DNA from: Candidatus Pelearchaeum maunauluense
GTDB lineage: Archaea; Thermoproteota; Nitrososphaeria_A; Caldarchaeales; Caldarchaeaceae
NCBI GenBank assembly: GCA_030059675.1
Contig: JANVYQ010000013.1
Span: 219-24,218 of the forward strand
Reading direction: 5' to 3'
DNA: 24,000 nt
Positions within the stretch are counted from its first letter, which is position 1, and the number at the start of each line of letters is the position of its first letter. This document shows, piece after piece, positions 9,518 to 16,256 of this stretch. The notes beneath the pieces are model-generated. The model was not told the origin of the DNA. It did no database searches and was given only the letters and a program-made list of their open reading frames with translations. The position numbers and the translations under genes are program-made.

Positions 9518-10702
9518 ATGCCCACTCCGCTCACAGCACCGCTTCTTACGATGGCGCTTCTTCTACTGGCTTACCAAAGCCCATACACTATAAACACCCC
9601 CATAGACGATGGGGAGGTTGATGTCGTAATAGTAACGCCGTATGGTGTTGTGTTTAACCTAACAGCGATAGATGGCGTGTTTGAAATGAGCCGTCTCGTA
9701 AGGGGAGTATATAGCTTAACAGCCTACTGGATGGACATACCCATCGGGTTCTTCGCGGTAGAGCTACGCGATGGTAATAAAGCCGCTAACGTGAGGCTAG
9801 CCATTCTATCGCCCAGCATACAGCTCACCGACCTTAAGAACAGACCCTTAAACCAGGCCATAATACGCTATACAGGCCCAGCGGGCATAGCTGGCGAGAT
9901 AAGAACAACAGACGGAACAGCAGCACTGCCACCACTACCAGCAGCAGTCCAATACACGATACAAATCACCTGGAAATCACCAGCATACAAGACAGAGAGC
10001 AGCACAACCATAAGGACATCACTGGACGGCCTAGATAGGATGGGCAGAATCAAGCTCCCCGTGGGCGATGTGTTGTTGAAGGTTGTGGATACTATGGGAA
10101 GACCTATAGCTGGGGCCGCAGTATTCCTGAACGAGGCAAGAGCAAAAACAGACGCGGAAGGCAGGGCTTTATTCGCACAAGTCCCCCTAGAGAGCGATGG
10201 GAAGCCTATAGATTATAGGGTCGTCGTGAGAGACGGAGACGAGATACTGTTTGACGATTTTGTAAGACTCTCAACAACCACACCTGAGATAACAATCGTC
10301 GTAGGACTACGCGACCTCTCAATATTCGTCAGAGGCTCAGCCGGCCAGCCACTGGCTCATACAATCATCAAGCTATATAGAGAAGATAAGCTAGTAACGG
10401 TAAAAGCAACCGACAGGTCGGGCTTCGCCAAGCTGGAGCAACTAGTCCCAGCTGAATATAGTCTGGAAGTGGATTGGCGCGGCTATACTGCGCAGAGGAG
10501 CATATCACGGGAGGAGCTTATGGCTGGGCGGCCAATAATGATAACCCTACCACCCTACATAGAGATACTAGGAATCCCACTAACGTTTGGGACGTTCATA
10601 GCGTTCTTAGCTGGAATTATAGCATTGATAATACTCCTAGTCCTAGGAGTTATAGAGCTCCTTCTATGGCGCGGCAGGAGGCTGGGAATCTACCGCGCAT
10701 AA
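9518..10702 (+). CDS. Predicted membrane-anchored extracellular protein with repeated Ig-like/carboxypeptidase-regulatory-like domains
   Basis: Likely signal peptide MPTPLTAPLLTMALLLLAYQ; repeats such as VGDVLLKVVDTMGRPIAGAAVFLNEARAKTDAEGRALF and VRGSAGQPLAHTIIKLYREDKLVTVKATDRSGFAKLEQL; C-terminal TM helix FGTFIAFLAGIIALIILLVLGVIELLLW. The ORF track start is 9431; 9518 is my preferred ATG. Confidence 0.7.
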   Translation: MPTPLTAPLLTMALLLLAYQSPYTINTPIDDGEVDVVIVTPYGVVFNLTAIDGVFEMSRLVRGVYSLTAYWMDIPIGFFAVELRDGNKAANVRLAILSPSIQLTDLKNRPLNQAIIRYTGPAGIAGEIRTTDGTAALPPLPAAVQYTIQITWKSPAYKTESSTTIRTSLDGLDRMGRIKLPVGDVLLKVVDTMGRPIAGAAVFLNEARAKTDAEGRALFAQVPLESDGKPIDYRVVVRDGDEILFDDFVRLSTTTPEITIVVGLRDLSIFVRGSAGQPLAHTIIKLYREDKLVTVKATDRSGFAKLEQLVPAEYSLEVDWRGYTAQRSISREELMAGRPIMITLPPYIEILGIPLTFGTFIAFLAGIIALIILLVLGVIELLLWRGRRLGIYRA

Positions 10703-10744
10703 TTTAAAGCTCAGCCAACACCGCAAACAACCACCGAGCGGAAA

Positions 10745-11668
10745 ATGAAGATACTCATAACAGGCTCAGAGGGCTTCATAGGCAAGCACCTAACAGAATA
10801 CCTAAACTCAAGAGGCTACAGCGTCATACGCGTGGATAAAGCCCAGACGGCTGAGATAAGGATAGACCTAACCGAGCCTGAAGCGGTTTTTAATAGATTG
10901 GGAGAGTATTCTTTTGACGCGGTAGTGCACCTAGCTGCCATAGCTGACATACCAGCAACGCTCAAAGACCCCTACACATGCTACCGCGTCAATTGCTTCG
11001 GCACGCTCAACATGCTTGAGCTGGCTGCACGCAAGTCGGTGAGCCGCTTCATCTACCTATCCTCAGCCAACTACTATGGAGCGCCCGATAAAGTTCCCGT
11101 ATCTGAGGAAGACCCGCCAAACCCCAGAACACCATACGACTACTCCAAAGTCGTAGGCGAGAAGCTCGTGGATAGCTACCACAAGCATAAGGGACTGCCC
11201 ACAGCGATACTTAGGCCATGGAAGACCTTCGGCGAATACGAGCAGGAGAACAAGGTTGTTCCTCGCTTTATTAAAGCATGCCTAATGGGCGAGCCGATAC
11301 CGCTTTATAACGAGGGACGCGACGCGACAGACCCATACCACGTGGAGAACCTATGCTACGCAATAGAGCTATGCCTCACAAAAGAAGCGGCAATAGGCAA
11401 GGCGTATAACGTTGGAACAGGAAATAGGATAACGATACGCGAGCTGGCAGAAACAATAAAAAGACTAACAAACTCAACATCAACCCTCCAACCCCTCCCA
11501 CCAAGAACAAAAGAAGAAGAAAAACCCCAAGTAAGCATCCCCTCAATCCAAAAAATAACAAAAGAACTAAACTACCAGCCAAAACTAACCCTAGAACAAG
11601 GACTAAACAGAGTCATACAACACATCAAAACTAAAACCTTTAAGAAAAACCAGAACAAACAATTATAG
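10745..11668 (+). CDS. NAD-dependent epimerase/dehydratase (UDP-glucose 4-epimerase-like SDR)
   Basis: MKILITGSEGFIGKHLTEYLNSRG Rossmann motif, VVHLAAIADIPAT, YLSSANYYGAP, TPYDYSKVVGEKLV (YxxxK). Confidence 0.9.
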   Translation: MKILITGSEGFIGKHLTEYLNSRGYSVIRVDKAQTAEIRIDLTEPEAVFNRLGEYSFDAVVHLAAIADIPATLKDPYTCYRVNCFGTLNMLELAARKSVSRFIYLSSANYYGAPDKVPVSEEDPPNPRTPYDYSKVVGEKLVDSYHKHKGLPTAILRPWKTFGEYEQENKVVPRFIKACLMGEPIPLYNEGRDATDPYHVENLCYAIELCLTKEAAIGKAYNVGTGNRITIRELAETIKRLTNSTSTLQPLPPRTKEEEKPQVSIPSIQKITKELNYQPKLTLEQGLNRVIQHIKTKTFKKNQNKQL

Positions 11669-11677
11669 AAGATCAAC

Positions 11678-11778
11678 GGGCCGGTAGATCAGCGGAAGAT
11701 CGCCCGCCTTGCACGCGGGAGGTCGCGAGTCAGTCCCTGATGGGGCTGGCCGATAAGGTTCAAATCCCGCCCGGTCCA
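11678..11778 (+). tRNA. tRNA-Ala(TGC) with a 29-nt intron (11728-11756) in the 5' strand of the T-stem
   Basis: Manual fold. Acceptor GGGCCGG/CCGGTCC, D-stem GATC/GATC, anticodon arm CCCGC-CTTGCAC-GCGGG, variable AGGTC, T-stem GCG|GG paired with CCCGC only after removal of AGTCAGTCCCTGATGGGGCTGGCCGATAA, T-loop TTCAAAT, discriminator A, no encoded CCA. Splicing motif: H GTCG/CGAT, bulges CG^A and AA^G, inner helix GTCAGTCCC/GGGGCTGGC. Confidence 0.93.
11728..11756 (+). other. Non-canonical pre-tRNA intron (HBh'-type splicing motif) in tRNA-Ala T-stem
   Basis: Removal yields an intact 72-nt tRNA cloverleaf; the cleavage positions follow the 3-nt bulge rule at both junctions. Confidence 0.88.
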
Positions 11779-11780
11779 TT

Positions 11781-11796
11781 GGGGTTTCAAAACCCC
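11781..11796. terminator. Hairpin immediately downstream of tRNA-Ala, possible terminator or processing element
   Basis: GGGGTT-TCAA-AACCCC perfect 6-bp stem, 2 nt after the tRNA discriminator base. Confidence 0.4.
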
Positions 11797-11843
11797 CCGG
11801 CCCACGTTTAAACAAGCAAGCGTAAAAGGGAAAAAATAGGGAG

Positions 11844-11872
11844 GAGGTGGCCAGGCATTATCTGACCACCTC
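11844..11872. repeat. Inverted repeat / stable hairpin overlapping the end of the homing endonuclease remnant
   Basis: GAGGTGG-C-CAG-gcattat-CTG-A-CCACCTC, 10 paired bases with one internal mismatch. Confidence 0.5.
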
Positions 11873-11953
11873 AAGTATAGCCTGCTTCCTGCTAATAGCA
11901 AAGCCTACAAGATTTCTGAACCGCTTTATGCTAGCCCTTCTGTAGAATGTATA
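11858..11953 (-). pseudogene. C-terminal fragment of a LAGLIDADG homing endonuclease, separated from its N-terminal part by an insertion
   Basis: Minus-strand translation YTFYRRASIKRFRNLVGFAISRKQAILEVVR* resembles the C-terminal strand/helix typical of single-protein archaeal LAGLIDADG endonucleases; in the same orientation as the fragment at 12188-12506. Confidence 0.62.
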
Positions 11954-11960
11954 GTATTAT

Positions 11961-12187
11961 GTTGATAGTCTTTCTACGCCGTAGTCAGCAGTTTCAAGAT
12001 AGATAGACTTCAGATGGAGGGGGTTTCCCCAGGCCTAAGGCTCTTCCAAGAGCTCATGGGGGCTTGGGAGGTTCACCCTGACAGGTGATGAGGCTGACGA
12101 GGGCTCCGATGAACCCATGAGGAGCCCCGAGGTTGATGAATCCCAAGACCTACGTATGCCCATGAAAGACTACGCAGGTCAGAACCC
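11961..12187 (+). mobile_element. ~225 bp non-autonomous insertion element, putative IS200/IS605 (TnpB-side) derivative; boundaries approximate
   Basis: Interrupts homing endonuclease coding sequence; short near-palindromes near the ends (CTACGCCGTAG at 11974-11984; GACCTACGTA/TACGCAGGTC at 12147-12180); internal structured G-rich sequence; no ORF for a transposase. Confidence 0.5.
12018..12187 (+). ncRNA. Candidate structured RNA / omegaRNA-like 3' end of a lost TnpB gene
   Basis: Nested pairings: GGGG-ttt-CCCC (12020-12030), CTTGGGA/TCCCAAG (12063-12069 / 12141-12147), GGGCTCC/GGAGCCC (12101-12107 / 12121-12127), GACCTACGTA/TACGCAGGTC. Plus-strand in-frame peptide GLGRFTLTGDEADEGSDEPMRSPEVDESQDL resembles the low-complexity tails I recall for archaeal TnpB proteins. 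Confidence 0.35.
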
Positions 12188-12506
12188 TTTTGTAACATCT
12201 TCTATTGATGGTAAATCGTCGCTTCATTGTTCTTTTGTAAATCTTAGCTTCTATTTCGAGCTTCTTTAGTAACTCGGCTGTATATCTAATGATTCTGCAG
12301 TTAGCATTTAAAATTCGTATACGTCCAAGATTGGCTGCGTCTTTGGCAACGCTGCCTTCAGCATCTGCTAGTCCTCTTATGAACGCGGCCATGCATTCCT
12401 TGCAGTGCTCTACGTAAGGCTTAAGCCTCTCTATATCTACAGGCTTCCTCAGCAGCTCGTAAAATTCTCTGCTATATATCTTGACTATCCATCGCTGAAG
12501 ACTCAT
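12188..12506 (-). pseudogene. LAGLIDADG homing endonuclease fragment (N-terminally truncated, interrupted by the insertion)
   Basis: IYSREFYELLRKPVDIERLKPYVEHCKECMAAFIRGLADAEGSVAKDAANLGRIRILNANCRIIRYTAELLKKLEIEAKIYKRTMKRRFTINRRCYKR. FIRGLADAEGSV is the LAGLIDADG motif. The ORF then runs into unrelated sequence, and its last 12 residues are insert-encoded. Confidence 0.8.
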
Positions 12507-12667
12507 AAGGGGACAGTTGCAGGGCTACGACCAGCACATGAACCTAGTTCTAGAAGGCGCCGAAGAGCTTCTGGCATAATGGGCAATCAAATAAGCTAGG
12601 CATGATAGTCGTCCGCGGCGACAACATAGTTATGGTTTCTCCTTCTACCATAAAGAAGGAAGAGTAG
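12505..12667 (+). pseudogene. Truncated and frameshifted LSm/SmAP (Sm-like archaeal protein) gene
   Basis: Frame 1 from 12505: IRGQLQGYDQHMNLVLEGAEELLA*. Shifted frame, 12581-12667: [25 protein letters not shown]. Together these give the Sm1 (GxLxGYDxHMNLVLE) and Sm2 (MIVVRGDNIVMV) motifs. The N-terminal Sm1 half is absent and replaced by the endonuclease remnant. Confidence 0.8.
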
Positions 12668-12680
12668 AGGGGATTATTGG

Positions 12681-12821
12681 ATGGTAAAAGGCACGCCCTC
12701 GATGGGTAAATTTCACACACCCACGCATGGACGATGCAGACGATGCGCTCATTGCGGCTTCGGCTCTACGAAGACCTGGCGTAAATATAGATGGCTCAAA
12801 AGCCTCAAAGAAAGAATGTAG
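12681..12821 (+). pseudogene. rpl37e: Ribosomal protein L37e gene with an apparent 12-codon internal deletion (46-aa ORF)
   Basis: [46 protein letters not shown]. Classical L37e GTPSMGK N-terminus and CxxCGFG...RKYRW C-terminus, with CRRC fused directly to AHC so one of four zinc Cys is missing. Follows an LSm gene, as in many archaea. Confidence 0.78.
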
Positions 12822-12855
12822 CACCTAATTCTCGTAAGCAACACTTGCATCTGTC

Positions 12856-15639
12856 TCACCCAGCTACAAGCTTTCTTATGACGTATTGCAGTATCCCTCC
12901 ATGTTTATAATACTCCACCTCTATCGGCGTTTCTAACCTTGCAATCACGTTAAATGTTATCTCTGTTCCATCATCTTTCTTTGCTTTTACTTTGAGTTTC
13001 TTTCTTGGTGTTAGGCCGTCTGCTATTCCCTCTATGTCGTATGTCTCGTGTCCTGTTAAGCCTAGTGATTTCCAGCTCTGGCCTTCTTCAAACTGTAGTG
13101 GTAGGACGCCCATTCCTACTAGGTTGCTTCTGTGTATTCTTTCGTAGCTCTCTGCTATCACGGCCCTAACGCCTAGGAGGCGTGTTCCTTTGGCAGCCCA
13201 GTCGCGTGAGCTTCCCGCTCCGTATTGCTTTCCTGCCAGGATTATGAGTGGTATGTTCTGCTGCATGTAGCGCATAGCAGCGTCATAAACGGGCATGACC
13301 TCCCCAGTTGGGTGGTAGAGCGTCCACCAGCCCTCCTTATCGGGAACGAGCTGGTTCCTCAGCCTGATGTTGGCGAACGTCCCCCTTATCATGACCTCGT
13401 GATTACCCCGCCGCGCGCCGTATGTGTTAAAATCAACCGGGTCTACACCCATGTCTATGAGGTATCTTCCAGCGGGGCTTGCTGGCGGTATTGCGCCTGC
13501 TGGGGATATGTGGTCTGTTGTTACCCTGTCTCCAAGCAGAACCAGTACCCGCGCCCCCTTTATGTCCGTCGGCGACGGTGGCTCCAGCTTGATGTCGCTG
13601 AAGAATGGGGGCTCGCGTATGTATGTGGAGCGGGTGTCCCACTCGTATATCTCGCCTCTAGGTGATTCTAGGCTCTCCCAACGCTCATCACCCCTAAAGA
13701 CGTCGGCGTATTTACGCTTGAACATCTCTGGGTCTAGAGACTTCCTGATGGTTTCTTTGATTTCTTCCATACTGGGCCATATGTCGCGTAGGTAGATTGG
13801 GTTGCCGTTTTTGTCGCTTCCTATGGGCTCGTTGAGCAGGTCTATGTCCATACGCCCAGCCAGGCCGTAGGCAACAACCAAGATGGGCGACATTAGGAAA
13901 CTAGCCCTAACCAACGGGTGGATTCTGCCTTCAAAGTTTCTATTACCGCTTAGAACGGCGACGGTGTAGAGGTCGTTATCCTTTATTGCCTTGGCAACGA
14001 CTTCGGGAAGCGGGCCGCTATTACCTATGCAGGTAGTGCATCCATAGCCGACGACGTTATACTTAAGGCTCTCAAGATACTTGGCCAGCCCTGCCCTCTC
14101 AAGATATTCTGTTACTACCATGGAGCCTGGCGCTAGGCTTGTTTTGACGTAAGGCTTCACGCTTAGACCTTTTTCCACTGCCTTCTTGGCTAGGAGGCCA
14201 GCTCCTATCATTACTGCAGGGTTTGAGGTGTTTGTGCAGCTTGTTATGGCTGATATGACTACTGCTCCATGCGTTATCTCGGTCTCTTCACCATCTACAC
14301 GGAGCTTGACGCTGGGCAGCCCCACTTTGCGGGCTACGGACTGGGCTCCAGCCGCGCCTCCTCCCTCATAAAACCAGACATGGTCATCCTCCACCTCAAC
14401 GGATATACCCCTCTGCTTAAGGTAGCTGCTCATTATCTCAATAAACCGCTTCTTCGCCTCGCGTAGTGGTATCCTGTCCTCTGGATTGGCAGGCCCAGCT
14501 ATTGAGGGCTCAACCTCGCTCATATCCAGCTCTATGACGGCGCTATACCGCGGCTCGCTGGCCTCGTCGTAGAAGAGGGCCTGGGTCTTGGCGTATTTCT
14601 CAACGAGCTTGATATGCTGCTCCTCGCGGCCTGTGAGTCTGAGGTATGATATTGTCTCCTCGTCTATCGGGAAGAACCCTACCGTAGCACCGTATTCTGG
14701 GGCCATGTTGGCTACGGTGGCCCTGTCAGCTATGCTGAGCTTCTTGAGGCCTGGGCCGTAGTATTCAACAAACTTGCCTACAACTCCGTGTTTTCTGAGC
14801 TTCTCGGTTATCGTCAGCACCAGGTCTGTTGCTGTTGAGCCGCGGGGTAGCTCGCCGTCAAGCCTTACCCCCACAACCTCTGGGATGGGCATGTAGTATG
14901 GCTGGCCCAGCATAACCGCTTCTGCCTCAATCCCCCCAACACCCCAGCCGAGAACACCCAGCGCATTAACCATAGGAGTATGCGAGTCAGTGCCAAGCAG
15001 GGTGTCGGGAAAAGCCACACCATCACGAACATCAACAACACGCGCCAAATACTCCAGATTAACCTGATGAACAATACCCCGACCAGGTGGCACAACCCTG
15101 AAATTCTTGAAAGCCTGCTGAGCCCACTTAAGGAACAGATACCTCTCGCGATTCCTCTCAAACTCCTTCTCAATATTGAGACTAAAAGCAGTAGGGGAGC
15201 CGAAGAAGTCAACCTGTATTGAGTGGTCTATTACTAGATCAACTGGGACCAGCGGGTTTATCTTGCTTGGGTCGCCTCCCAGTCTTCGCAGGGCTGAACG
15301 CATGGCCGCGAGGTCCACTACCGCGGGCACGCCTGTAAAGTCTTGTAGAAGAACGCGAGTCGGCTTAAATGGGATTTCAGAGGATTTGGAAGAAACACCA
15401 GGCCTCCAAGAAGCCAGACTCCTAACATCATCCTCGGTTACTATCTCATTATCCACGTTGCGCAGAATATTCTCCAGTAAAACTCTGATACTATAAGGAA
15501 GCTCTGACAGGGTTGTTAAGCCTTTCTTTTCCAGGCTCCTGAGGCTGTAGTATTTTACCTCCAGCCCGTCGGAAGCTAGAGTAGCCTCTACATGGCTCCT
15601 GAGCATCCCACCGCCCTTAAGGCTGCCTGTGAATACCAT
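12856..15639 (-). CDS. acnA: Aconitate hydratase
   Basis: [124 protein letters not shown]. Confidence 0.97.
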   Translation of the reverse strand: [927 protein letters not shown]

Positions 15640-15674
15640 GATTTAACTCTGTGGCAACAGCTAGATTATGAGGC

Positions 15675-16079
15675 CTAATCTTCTGAAGGTTCTGGAGAGT
15701 AGAGCTCAGCCAGTATATCCCTTACCGATATTACGCCTACCAGCTCCTTATCAGAATTAACCACTACCACATGCCTTATCTTATGCTGGTCCATCGTCTT
15801 CGCCGCTTCTTCCAGCGTCGCATCCTCATGCAGCGCTATTATATCACGCTTGCACAACGTGCCTACCTTCGCGTCAAGGCCCTTACCCACAGCCAACGCT
15901 CTTATAACATCCCTCTCAGACAGGACGCCGACCATCTTCCCGCCCTCCATAACCACGAGAAAGCCTATGTTCTCAACCGCCATCAGCTTGATAACATCAT
16001 GCACAGTACTATCTCCATCTATGGTTATTGGCTTCTTCCTAACCATATCCTTCAGTCTCATTAAAACCTCAGAATACAT
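15675..16079 (-). CDS. CBS domain-containing protein (tandem CBS pair)
   Basis: Two CBS units: STVHDVIKLMAVENIGFLVVMEGGKMVGVLSERDVI and ATLEEAAKTMDQHKIRHVVVVNSDKELVGVISVRDIL. Confidence 0.92.
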   Translation of the reverse strand: MYSEVLMRLKDMVRKKPITIDGDSTVHDVIKLMAVENIGFLVVMEGGKMVGVLSERDVIRALAVGKGLDAKVGTLCKRDIIALHEDATLEEAAKTMDQHKIRHVVVVNSDKELVGVISVRDILAELYSPEPSED

Positions 16080-16113
16080 GATGGTGGTATATATCGTCTA
16101 ACCAGATTATTGG

Positions 16114-16228
16114 TGCGGGGGGTGGGATTTGAACCCACGAACCCCTTCGGGAGCAGGTCTTGAGCCTGCCGCTTTCAAGGGGAGCTTTCCTTTGTTGCTC
16201 CTCTTTGACCAGGCTCGGCTACCCCCGC
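16114..16228 (-). tRNA. tRNA-Leu(CAA) with a 30-nt intron (16173-16202) in the D-arm
   Basis: Minus-strand manual fold. Acceptor GCGGGGG/CCCCCGC, D-stem GCC/(G|GC), anticodon arm GCAGG-CTCAAGA-CCTGC, long variable arm CCC-GAA-GGG, T arm GTGGG-TTCAAAT-CCCAC, discriminator A. Intron AGGAGCAACAAAGGAAAGCTCCCCTTGAAA. Confidence 0.93.
16173..16202 (-). other. Non-canonical pre-tRNA intron in tRNA-Leu D-arm
   Basis: Central helix TCAA/TTGA, 5' bulge AG^A, 3' bulge AA^G, inner helix GGAGC/GCTCC. Removal restores GGTCAAAG+GCGGCAGG, the expected class II tRNA D-arm. Confidence 0.85.
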
Positions 16229-16256
16229 CCAGAGTATATTATCCTGCTGCTGGTTT

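Noticed and set aside
11689-11901. 70-aa minus-strand ORF
   Set aside because: Antisense to tRNA-Ala; no family resemblance.
12018-12150. Possible C/D box sRNA (GTGATGA ... CTGA ... GATGA motifs)
   Set aside because: Box spacing is wrong (CTGA only a few nt after GTGATGA) and the motifs sit inside a longer G-rich multi-helix structure; a TnpB-tail/omegaRNA-like interpretation fits better.
12405-12599. 64-aa plus-strand ORF
   Set aside because: Wrong frame relative to the LSm motifs and antisense to the homing endonuclease fragment.
14865-15212. 115-aa ORF within acnA and other plus/minus ORFs overlapping acnA (13225-13665, 13424-13795, 14980-15222, 15176-15496)
   Set aside because: All lie over the strongly supported aconitase frame or antisense to it, with no recognisable motifs.
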